From Pristiophorus japonicus (Eukaryota), in the NCBI RefSeq assembly GCF_044704955.1, contig NC_091977.1, positions 500,650,001 through 500,714,000 on the forward strand: a DNA stretch of 64,000 nt, given 5' to 3'. Of the stretch, positions 12,443 through 22,964 are shown piece after piece. The notes under the pieces were generated by a model. The model ran no database searches. It was not told the DNA's origin and saw nothing but the letters and a program-made list of their open reading frames with translations. Every line of letters begins with the position of its first letter. The first letter of the stretch is position 1. Both the position numbers and the translations under genes were made by a program.

Positions 12443-12653
12443 TGTTGTGTTCCTAACACAGATGAGACTGCACACAGGGAGGTTAAAGTAACAGTGACCT
12501 CAGTCTTTATCAAGACGCTCCAGAGTGAGGAATAGGCCTTAGGGGCCAGCTTATATGCAGTGCTCCCAAGGGATGCTGGGATCCCTTGGGACTTCAGAGG
12601 ATGCACTCCCTGGTGGCGGAACATGGGAGTGCATGCTTTACAGATACACAACA
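12443..12653 (-). repeat. 5' LTR of Gypsy element 1
   Basis: Direct repeat of 8490-8700, adjacent to the PBS. Confidence 0.95.
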
Positions 12654-13324
12654 GTACTACCTCAGCTACCTCCGCAAGATCCTGCGAATTCATTGGCAGG
12701 ACAGATGCACCAACGTCAGTGTTCTTGCTCAAGCCAACATCCCCAGCATCGAAGCATTGACCACGTTCGATCAGCTCTGTTGGCTGGGCCACATTGTCCG
12801 CCTGTCCGACACGAGGCTCCCTCAGCAAGCGCTCAACGCGGAGCTTCGACACAGCAAGCGCGCCCCAGGTGGGCAGAGGAAACGCTTCAAGGACTCCAGT
12901 CTCATGACTATGCGGTTGTCAAGGAGACTTTGAGAGTATCCAAAACCTCCTTGACAAAGTGCAACATCCTCACCGACTCCTGGGAATCCCTGGCCCATGA
13001 CCCCCCCAAAAGTGGAGGAGAAGAATCTGGGAGGATGCTGAGCACCTTGTGTCCCATCGCCGAGAACAAGCAGAAACCAAGTGTAGACAGCGGAAGAAAC
13101 GTGCGTCAATCGAAGCTCCCCGACCACCCTTTCCTTCAACCACTGTCTGCCCCACCTGTGACAGAGACTGTAGGTCCCACACTGGACTCTTCAGTCACCT
13201 GAGAGCTCACTTTTAGAGTGGAAGCAAGTTATCCTCGACTCAGAGGGACTGCCTATGATGATGATGATGATGACGACTACTATGCAAATCAAGACCTCTC
13301 AGGTTAAATCAATTAAGTAGAAAT

Positions 13325-13655
13325 GTTCCCACAAATTTCTCTCTTCTTCTGAAGATGCAGATTCTTGCTGGGGTACAGTTCCTTCACTCCCCCACCCCTC
13401 ACCCAAGTGAACCTTTCTTAGCGGTACCACAGTCGAGCTCAAAGCTGTTCTCACTTAATGTCCATGCACAGCACTTTGTATCTGCGTATGCTGGATATTA
13501 ATCATCAACAGAAACCCTCACCACTGTTTCCCTTCTTAGGGGTGTCGCGGCTTTCCTATAGCCGCCTGGACTTACATCCCCTAACTCAGAACAGACAGGA
13601 GGTCAAATTGGAATCTTCCTAGTCTGAATGGCTCAGTATCAGCAGCACTGTAGGC
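13325..13655 (-). mobile_element. Degenerate tRNA-head SINE
   Basis: Absent from duplication copy A. The head-like end (CTTCCTAGTCTGAATGGCTCAGT) also occurs at ~45890-45920, and the body matches 1020-1300. Confidence 0.5.
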
Positions 13656-14169
13656 CACTAAAAGCTTGAGACATTTTTTTTTTTTAAAACATGTATTTTA
13701 TTGCTTTCTCTGTGCAGTAATCGATTATTCTTTTCTTTTTAATGCTGTAATTCAGAAGAATACCACAACAATACTAGAAGAACAACTTGCAGTGCCTTTA
13801 ATTCAGGGACATATCCCAAGGAATTACAAAAAAGGGGAAGTGGACACTAAGATTTACCGGAAAAAGTTAGGGGAGATGAACAAAGGTGCATGTCCCGAGT
13901 ATGTTGGTGTAAATGGCTATCTGTAATAAACATGAACACTGTAACATAGGGTCAAACAGCATTTATTACAACACAAGCAGATAACTCAGGGTGCTACCAT
14001 TGGGTACAGTACTGTTATGGTATTGGTACCTGACTGCAAACCCCAGAGGGAAGTCCACCAAGGCATGTTGTCAAACTGAATTCTGGTCATTTCTGAGCTG
14101 GCACCAGAAAAATTATGAGGAAAACTTTGTTTGTTTAAAAAAAAACAATTAGTTGACATATATATTTCA

Positions 14170-14368
14170 GGGAAGGAACCCTGCCAATCCTATAGTTTCA
14201 CTTACATATGACTCCAGTCTCATGACTATGTAGTTAACTTGTAAAGCCCGCTGAATGCCCCAACCGCAAAACCAGAAAGTGGTCGACCACCATCTTCTCA
14301 GGGCAGCGAGCAATGGGTAATAAATGCAGCCTTGCCAGTGTCACCCACATCCGGAGACCAAATAAAAC
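14170..14368 (+). mobile_element. Family-B-like LINE/SINE 3' end
   Basis: CACCATCTTCTCAGGGCA...ATGGGTAATAAATGCAGCCTTGCCAGTGTCACCCACATCC matches the 3' end at 36300-36375. Confidence 0.6.
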
Positions 14369-15597
14369 AAGCATATTGTACTACTAACAACAGTTTCACG
14401 TTTACTTGGAGTGGTGAGCGACCATTTTAAGCCGCCACACCCTGGCACTCTCAAGCTAGGGAAACCGTAACCCAGGAAGACATGCATGGACAACACACTG
14501 TCACGTAATATTAGTAATTTTTAAAGTTAGTCAAAATTTGTTCCACGTCTCTATGCTATCAGTTGGCCGCCCATTAGGGCTGAGGGGAGGTGTCAATCAT
14601 TTTGAAGGCCGGGCAGAATTACCATGCCCCGGGCAGCTCGCTAGCTCCAGGCTGGCACAATATCGGCCAGACTGTGTTAGGTCATGGAGGGGGGATCCAT
14701 TCGGGAGGTGGGTAAGGGCCGGGTAAAATCACTCCTCTTAAAGTGAACGTCCAGCTGAAACTAGACGGAGTGTGCACAGCGCGTGTGCCATAAAGTCAGT
14801 GAGAACTGGGCAGTAAGTCATTCCCCACCATTTTCAGCTACTGTCCCTTTTCCTCAAAATTTCCCCCATTGTGATAGTTGGCTTTCCACTAAGATTAAAA
14901 ATATTAAACAAATTAACTTTTTAAAATTCCCTCTTTTGCAGATGCACTTACACAGTCAGCAGTGTGAAGGGAAAGTGGTGCAAGACCATTTCCTGCTGGC
15001 AGTTACACACCTCTTGCCTGAATTCCACTCAACAATTTTCATTTTTATAGTGCCTTTCACAATAACATCCCTGGGAAAGCTATGACACATAAGAATGAAC
15101 GGAAGTTAGAGATATCAAAGGCAGTAAAAGTGAGTAGCTTCACAAAGGCTTTTGGAGGACAGAGGAGGCACCTAAAGGAAGAGAATTCCAAACTTCAGCG
15201 CTGTGCTGGATAGCTCTGCCTCAAAAGGTGCAACAGAGGAGAAGGGCACACAATAGATTAGCCAGAAGAACAAATGTACCTACTGGGAATTAAGCCTGGA
15301 CAAGTTTGCACTCTCAATTTACACAATACAGCAACCAATTAGGGACCAGCAAGAGTTGATTGGTCAATCTTCCTGAAATAATGCTAATCAAATGCACAGT
15401 GGCACAAGTTAATTTAGAAGACATTTTATGATCATTCGGGTGGAATAATACTGCAATGCTAGCCTACTAATTTGCACAGTTGATTAGTTTGGACAGTTAA
15501 TTAATTTGGCTACTTTAGTGTTGAAGTATAAGCAGTGTGTGCTTTGACAAAGCTACTTGGAACTGGGTTAAAATTGCCCAAACTCATTCCACATAGG

Positions 15598-16536
15598 GGG
15601 GGCCAAAATTTCCCCTCTCCTTAAGGCCTGTTACCACCGCAAATCCAGCGGCCACGCTGCGGAGTGGAGTGGCCGCCGACTTTTCCTGGAATGGCCACTG
15701 ATAGCCCCAATTGCCCTCTCAGGTTTTCCCAACAGTGCCCCGATCCCCCCCCCCCCCGCTACCGCTCCACTGCTGCCGATCCGTGGTAAGCGTGTCATCA
15801 CTGTGCGCACTGCCGATCCAACCACCCGACGGCGACATTCCCTTCGGAAAATCTTCGGCCCACCCGGCGGTGCCCAAAACCTGTTTTGTCCCAGTGGTCC
15901 AGTGAGGCTGTGGCCTTCTGCAATGGCAGTGCGGCTTCCCTTAAAGGGGAGGAAGCGCTGTTGCTGCCGCCATTTTAAAAAAATTTGTCAGCCGACTGGC
16001 CGGGCCGCCAACAGGCCGCCTGGCAGCCCCTCTTGGTTGCCGGGCCACTGGCCTGGCCGAAATCCTCCCTGGTTGGCCCAAGTCTTTAAATCGTGGAGGC
16101 TCTCCCCTTTAAGTGAAGGGGAGAGCCGTGGTGATGCGGCGCCGTGATGACATCACTGCGACGCTGACTCCGCTCCGCACCCAACGTCCGCCCCTCAGGT
16201 GTTGCCACCGCCGCGTCTCCGCCCCTCAGGTGTTGCCACCGCCGCGTCTCCGCCCCTCAGGTGTTGTCACCGTCCCGTATCTTCCCCTCAGGTGTTGTCA
16301 CCGTCCCGTATCTTCCCCTCAGGTGTTGTCACCGTCCCGTATCTTCCCCTCAAGTTTGTCACCGTCCCGTATCTGCCCCTCAAGTGTTGCCACCGCCCCC
16401 ATTAAGAGCGATTTCTGGAGCCAAGGGAAAAAAGCACAACAAGAGGCTCAAGAGGCGACCTGAACCGCAGCTGCGGTAAAAGCCATTCATAAGAGGTGGG
16501 AGAGCCCCGTTTTGGGCGGGGGGCAATTTATACCCC
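15598..16536. mobile_element. GC-rich Harbinger-type MITE related to 6931-7770 (opposite orientation)
   Basis: TIRs GGGGCCAAAATTTCCCC / GGGGCAATTTATACCCC. Shares CTCTCCCCTTTAAGTGAAGGG with the reverse complement of 7140-7160. Possible AGG TSD. Confidence 0.7.
16187..16400. repeat. 31-bp minisatellite (~7 units) inside the MITE
   Basis: Unit CCCCTCAGGTGTTGTCACCGTCCCGTATCTT and variants. Confidence 0.9.
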
Positions 16537-16675
16537 AGGATTTTTGTGGTCAGCAAAGGGAGGAGACTAATGTCCGATCAGTCAGGTCTGAGTGTCAAAG
16601 TTGGAAGGACACAAACCTGAATATTTATGATGTCAACCATCCACCATGGAAATGTTTAATTTTCATTTGGTTACA

Positions 16676-17123
16676 CAGGTTGGACCTCCCTTATTCGGGA
16701 CTCCCTTCTCCTGCACCACCCCTCGTCCGGTATGACTCCGGCGGCGCATGCGCAGAACGCGGCCGACTTCCACCCTGACTTGTGCCGACACTTGGCCCGC
16801 GGCAACACTAGGCCCGCTGGGGCCGCGGCAACACTAGGCCCGCTGGGGCCGTGCCGACACTTGGCCCGCTGGAGCCGTGGCAACACTAGGCCCGCTGGGG
16901 CCGCGGCAACACTAGGCCTGCTGGGGCCGTGCCGACACTCTCTGGAGCCGCACCAACACTCGACCCACCGCGAGCCCATCAACACTTCGGGCCTGCCGGG
17001 GCGCTGACCTCCTCTCCACCCCCCCCACCCGACCTCGGGCCGCTGATCTCCCCTCATTCGGTAAAATCCCTTATTCGGCACAGGCCAAGTCCTGAGGGTG
17101 CCAGTTAAGGGAGGTTCAACCTG
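16676..17123. mobile_element. Tc1/mariner (pogo/Tigger-like) non-autonomous element
   Basis: 18-bp TIR CAGGTTG(G/A)ACCTCCCTTA. TA at the right flank, CA at the left. Internal repeats CAACACTAGGCCCGCTGGGGCCG. Confidence 0.8.
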
Positions 17124-17204
17124 TATACAGCTTTTAGAGCTCTGCAAGTTAATAAAGTAACTAAGAGTTGGAATAACATTTATAGCATCAAAGATCTCTA
17201 CAGG

Positions 17205-17897
17205 GCTCCAATATTTATGAGGAGGGAGCGGAGGGGGCACAAGTTTTTGGAGGGAAACCTGGAAATGTCGGAATGTGAATCTAATGGCAAGACCTCATTA
17301 TCATTCTTTACTCCGTTTCCTGCCCGGCAGCCAGTCAGATGGACCGACTGCCGGGCAGGAGAGTGAGCCTTTGAGGGCCGCAGACTGGAACCATTGGGTT
17401 TTGTCCCCGGCACATTGTGGGTTTGTAGGGGGAGGAGGGGGTGATGGGTTTGTCAGACCGGTAATCAGGAAGGAGGGGCAGAGAAACATCGCCGGTTGGT
17501 GGTGAGAGGGCGGGGGGCGGGGGGGGGTCAGCCGAATGTGGCAGGGGATTTGCTTGAGCGGTTGAGGGGAGTACTCCTGCTCCTCCTGGCCCACAACCAG
17601 TGCTCTAAACAGCACTTTGCTGATGGGTCTGGCAGCTCCCGCGTCCCTTTAGTTGGCTGGTTTCCCGAGGCCTGGGAAACCCGGCCGACCAACGTTAAAT
17701 TTCAATAGCTGCCGAAGTCCGAGGATCGGAGCCCTTATTTAAATCTTAGAATCACTGACCCGCCTCTCCAGAGCAGTTTACTTGGATGCCCCCAAACCCG
17801 CTACGGTTACAACGGAAGCAGCGTTTGTCGATTTAACACCCCCAATCTCGCCCCCATCCCGCCTGTTATGAGGGAGTGAGTTAAAATTCGCCCCCCA
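17205..17897. mobile_element. Probable GC-rich non-autonomous DNA transposon
   Basis: GC-rich island ending GTTAAAATTCGCCCC, like other MITE termini here. Left end not resolved. Confidence 0.4.
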
Positions 17898-18475
17898 CCA
17901 TCACCCCCGGTTTCTTGCATGTATATATTGATAATACCAAAAATAACCGAATACAAGGAATGATTTATTATAACATGAGGAACCAAAAACCTTCAACATA
18001 TAAGTAAAATAAAAACACAACCTGGGGAAATGTTATGTATATATCTACGATGCATTCAGGCCTTAGCACAATCCCAATAAACCTTCAGATTCAACATTAT
18101 AAAATGAATAATACCATTTGTAGCTAAGGTGATACAATTTTCACTTTCTGCACCTACTTCTGTACTACTTTCTGTGCTGTTACATTTCCAACCTACATGT
18201 CCTTTTTTTCCTTGAGCTATCAGCGACACTGGCAAAGTCACATTTATTGTCCATCCTTAAGTTGCCCTGAGAAGGTGGTGGGCCCGCCACTGTGAACCGT
18301 TGCAGGATTGTGCTGTTCTACATACCTTCTCCACAAATGCATTTCCACATTTCCACTGTTTGACAGCACACTCTACAATGCTACATATTAATCTATCTTT
18401 ATTACTAAAGGTTTGCATCTCTGTGAAAGTGTGTTTGTAGTCCTATAATACTGTAGAACCCCTTCAATGGGTCAT

Positions 18476-19355
18476 GGGGGCGATTTGCAACTTGAAAATA
18501 GGGGTGCGGGAGGGGGGAAGGGTCCGGCCCACTGATGCACAAGGCCCAATGACGCAATTTTCATGCAGCCTGTAAAGGAGCAAGCAGCCTTCACCCGTTT
18601 TTCCACTGGGAGGCTTCTTAAATATGCAAATTGGGTCCTACGCCGGTTGTAAACACGGAGGTCCCGCCCCCAACGCGGAATTGGTCGTAAGCTCCTCAAT
18701 GGAAGGGAGCGCTGTCTCCGGCACTCTGCTTCCTTTGAGAGTATCGAGTCCGGTGTCACGCAGAGCAGGCCAGCGCTACTGACACGCTACAATGCCCTTC
18801 CCCTTCCGCTCTGCACCACCACTGGGCCACCAGGGATGCGATCGACCGGGCAAGCAGCTCAGAACCCAAAATGGAGCACCAGGCTGCACGATGGTGGCCC
18901 AGTTGACGCGAGGGTTGTTATTGTCGGACTGAACCAAGTGTCGGCCGATAAATAAAGATGGCGGCCCGGGGCGCCCGGTGGCGACACCTGAAGCTGGCTT
19001 TGACATCCACCCGCGACATCTCGCGACCCGTGGGGCAATTTCCCCCACAGGGTGGTAAGGGGTCGGCGCACGCGGCAATTGCCGGTTGCGCGCCGGTCTG
19101 AGGCACTAATCACGGGCGCGACACTGCCGAGACAGCGTCCCCCAAACCACCAGGGATAATTTCCCGGGAGAAAACGCCAGTGCTCCTGGCCACAGCCCCA
19201 GGCTCACTGCCTCCTGACTTCATCGCCAAGCTTCGCCCCTCACTGCGCATTCCTGCCGGCATCGAGCTCAGATCCTGATCACTCAGCCACAGGGCCCACA
19301 ATTCACTACTCCCAGGTCAACCAAGACAGGTGCACTCCAGGCCCTGGATTTTGCC
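18476..19355. mobile_element. Probable MITE or composite of MITE fragments
   Basis: Starts GGGGGCGATTTGCAAC. Internal motifs (AATAAAGATGGCGGCC, GGGGCAATTTCCC) resemble 6931-7770. Right end uncertain. Confidence 0.45.
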
Positions 19356-19846
19356 CTCCTGGATAGCAATTAATATCATAATATAATAATGCATTCTGTT
19401 CATTTAGTTTTGAATTAGGTCAGTCACTCTGCAGACACTTCATTTCCAGCACTACACTTTTTCACACATGCAGATTTCTGTCACACTTCAAGTGTAAAAA
19501 TAACAAGAGGAAGTAAGCCAAATATTTCCTGCTGGTTGGCAGCTGGGAATTTACAAGCTGCTGTCAATAAGCAAACTTTTCTCACCATAGCTATTGGATT
19601 GTGTGTCAGGCCAGTTTTAACACAGCTCTATCTGAGCAGCAAAATCGGACATAATGCATTACACGGTACAACCTTCGTGCCATTATAAAACAGTGGGGTA
19701 GGTTTCTTCTTCACCATCTCCGCAGTAATCTGATGAGGCAGATCGTACACTCTTCACAGAAGACACTTGATTTTCATTTCACAGCCCCAAAGGACATCGG
19801 AGCTCAAGGGAATTTGTAATAACCAGGCAGCCTTCGGCACTCATAA

Positions 19847-20018
19847 GGGGTAATTTTAACTTTGTGCAATAATTTAAAATGGGTGATCATCCCGTTTTAC
19901 ACCTCTCCTGATTTTTATTTCCATTGAAGTCAATGTAAATAAAAATCGGTCGAGTTATAAAATGGACTGCCTATTTGCTATTACCCATTTTACACGATTT
20001 CACAGTCAAAACTACCCC
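19847..20018. mobile_element. Short palindromic (fold-back) MITE
   Basis: Termini GGGGTAATTTTAAC...GTCAAAACTACCCC, with arms inverted throughout around the centre CATTGAAGTCAATG. Confidence 0.8.
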
Positions 20019-20257
20019 ATTAATTGAACAGTAAACCTGCAGCTTGCTTAGACACAATAAACTATCTTAAGTCAATCGACAAAAAACTGCACGATATCTA
20101 TCCAAGCTTCCCCCTCCCACAAATCTGTCAAATAAGCAGACAGTCGCTTGATGCCCCAATCTCAGTCAGTGAGCTTCAGCTGGCAGGAAAGAGTCTCCAA
20201 TCTGAGAAAATGTCCTGGCCACTTTCACAAGCCTCAAACTCTAAAGCTTACCCACTA

Positions 20258-20690
20258 CCTGACATCGGTAGTGAGTAAAATGATGGAGTCAATTATTAAG
20301 GATGTCATAGCAGCGCATTTGGAAAGAGGTGACATGATAGGTCCAAGTCAGCATGGATTTGTGAAAGGGAAATGATGCTTGACAAATCTTCTGGAATTTT
20401 TTGAGGGTGTTTCCAGTAGAGTCGACAAGAGAGAACCAGTTGATGTGGTATATTTGGACTTCCAGAAGGCTTTCGACAAGGTCCCACACAAGAGATTAAT
20501 GCGCAAAAATTAAAGCACATGGGATTGGGGGTAGTGTGCTGACGTGGATTGAGAACTGGTTGTCAGACAGGAAGCAAAGAGTAGGAGTAAATGGGTACTT
20601 TTCAGAATGGCAGGCGGTGACTAGTGGGGTACCGCAAGGTTCTATGCTGGGGCCCCAGCTGTTTACATTGTACATTAATGATTTAGATGT
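20258..20690 (+). mobile_element. Internal CR1 RT fragment (no 3' end)
   Basis: LTSVVSKMMESIIKD...[11 protein letters not shown]; near-identical to 28978-29409. Confidence 0.9.
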
Positions 20691-20822
20691 GGGAGCTTGC
20701 TGTGCGTAAATTGGCTGTGCCGATTACAACAGTGACTAAACTTTAAAAGTACTTTATTGGCTGTAAAGTGATTTGGGATGGCATGAAAGGTTCTATATAA
20801 ATGCAAGTCTTTTTTTCTTTTT
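20688..20822 (+). mobile_element. Deu-domain SINE 3' part (AmnSINE1/SacSINE1-like) with L2-type tail
   Basis: TGTGGGAGCTTGCTGTGCGTAAATTGGCTG...TTACAACAGTGACTA...CTATATAAATGCAAGTCTTT. Confidence 0.75.
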
Positions 20823-21074
20823 TATATTCCTCCTCAGTGCTGACTATAAATTAGTGGCCAAGACCCTTGACTTCCAGACCCAATACAGACCTGTGTCTGG
20901 TCCACACAGATCTAATACAGGGGGTTGACCCCTGAGATACACCACCTTGTATTCAATGTGGTACACCAGTGTTGTGGCACTGAGACGCCTGCACTGGTAT
21001 TCACCATGGATACAAAAAAACATTCTAACAGAGAGAATGATGTGACACTCGAGAATGGCCTTAGGCAAGATATT

Positions 21075-22800
21075 AGAAACATAGAAAATAGGTGCAAGAG
21101 TAGGCCATTCGGCCCTTCGAGCCTGCACCGCCATTCAATGAGTTCATGGCTGAACATGCAACTTCAGTACCCCATTCCTGCTTTCTCGCCATACCCCTTG
21201 ATCCCCCTAGTAGTAAGGACTACATCTAACTCCTTTTTGAATATATTTAGTGAATTGGCCTCAACAACTTTCTGTGGAAGAGAATTCCACAGGTTCACCA
21301 CTCTCTGGGTGAAGAAGTTCCTCCGCATCTCGGTCCTAAATGGCTTACCCCTTATCTTTAGACTGTGACCCCTGGTTCGGGACTTCCCTAACATTGGGAA
21401 CATTCTTCCTGCATCTAACCTGTCTAAACCCATCAGAATCTTAAACGTTTCTATAAGATCCCCTCTCATTCTTCTGAACTCCAGTGAATACAAACCCAGT
21501 TGATCCAGTCTTTCTTGATATGTCAGTCCTGCCATCCCGGGAATCAGTCTGGTGAACCTTCGCTGCACTCCCTCAATAGCAAGAATGTCCTTCCTCAAGT
21601 TATGAGACCAAAACTGTACACATTACTCCAGGTGTGGCCTCACCAAGGCCCTGTACAACTGTAGTAACACCTCCCTGCCCCTGTACTCAATCCCCGTGCT
21701 ATGAAGGCCAACATGCCATTTGCTTTCTTAACCGCCTGCTGTACCTGCATGATGTACCATGACACCCAGGTCTCGTTGCACCTCCCCTTTTCCTAATCTG
21801 TCACCATTCAGATAATAGTCTGTCTCTCTGTTTTTACCACCAAAGTGGATAACCTCACATTTATGCACATTATACTTCATCTGCCATGCATTTGCCCACT
21901 CACCTAACCTATCCAAGTCACTCTGCAGCCTCATAGCATCCTCCTCGCAGCTCACACTGCCACCCAACTTAGTGTCATCCACAAATTTGGAGATACTACA
22001 TTTAATCCCCTCGTCTAAATCATTAATGTGCAATATAAACTGCTGGGGCCCCAGCACAGAACCTTGTGTTACCCTACTAGTCACTGCCTGCCATTCTGAA
22101 AAGTACCCATTTACTCCTACTCTTTGCTTCCTGTCTGACAACCAGTTCTCAATCCACGTCAGCACACTACCCCCAATCCCATGTGCTTTAACTTTGCACA
22201 TTAATCTCTTGTGTGGGACCTTGTCGAAAGCCTTCTGGAAGTCCAAATATACCACATCAACTGGTTCTCCCTTGTCCACTCTACTGGACACATCCTCAAA
22301 AAATTCCAGAAGATTTGTCAAGCATGATTTCCCTTTCACAAATCCATGCTGACTTGGACCTATCATGTCACCTCTTTCCAAATGCGCTGCTATGACATCC
22401 TTAATAATTGATTCCATCATTTTACCCACTACCGAGGTCAGGCTGACCGGTCTATAATTCAGTTTTCTCTCTCCCTCCTTTTTTAAAAAGTGGGGTTACA
22501 TTGGCTACCCTCCACTCCATAGGAACTGATCCAGAGTCTATGGAATGTTGGAAAATGACTGTCAATGCATCCGCTATTTCCAAGGCCACCTCCTTAAGTA
22601 TTCTGGGATGCAGACCATCAGGCCTTGGGGATTTATCGGCCTTCAATCCCATCAATTTCCCCAACACAATCTCCCGACTAATAAGGATTTCCCTCAGTTC
22701 CTCCTTCTTTCTCGACCCTCTGACCCCTTTAATATCCGGAAGGTTGTTTGTGTCCTCCTTACCAAAGTACTTGTTCAATTGGTCTGCCATTTCTTTGTTC
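21075..22800 (-). mobile_element. 5'-truncated CR1, same subfamily as the intact element
   Basis: ORFs 21164..21598, 21728..22429 and 22452..22868 nearly match the ORF2 C-terminal half. Tail TAGAAACATAGAAA at 21075. Confidence 0.95.
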
Positions 22801-22964
22801 AGGAGAGGATTAACTGACCTTGAGCAGCGAAAGGCCAGAGGAGTGTAAAAGTCCAGAAAAGTGTGCAATTTACCCTTAATGGGAGTTCAGCCTTTTAGTA
22901 TTGTTATACAGAATTTTTTCCCCCTAAAATTAATTCTTATGTGAAGTAAGACAAGTTTGATTCT

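Larger units (their letters stand above)
8490..12653 (-). mobile_element. Ty3/Gypsy (Mag-like) LTR retrotransposon, both LTRs present, decayed
   Basis: 211-bp LTRs TGTTG...CAACA at 8490-8700 and 12443-12653. TSD GTACC/GTACT. PBS TGGCGACGAG (12431-12440), complementary to the tRNA-Ser(GCT) 3' end. Purine tract at ~8701-8710. Confidence 0.95.
8350..13275 (+). mobile_element. 5'-truncated RTE-clade LINE split by a Gypsy insertion (8350-8489 + 12654-13275)
   Basis: VFQDQDL...TKLMV.RAVVIPALLYG before the LTR, and LRKILRIHWQDRCTNVSVLAQANIPSIE after it. (GAT)n tail at ~13256-13275. Same family as 43665-45042. Confidence 0.9.
6641..14010 (+). repeat. Tandem duplication, copy B, expanded by MITE, RTE, Gypsy and SINE insertions
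   Basis: Begins AATTTATTGCCAGGGGATCG like 5587 and ends CATTGGGTACAGT like 6640. Intervening blocks align to copy A. Confidence 0.85.
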
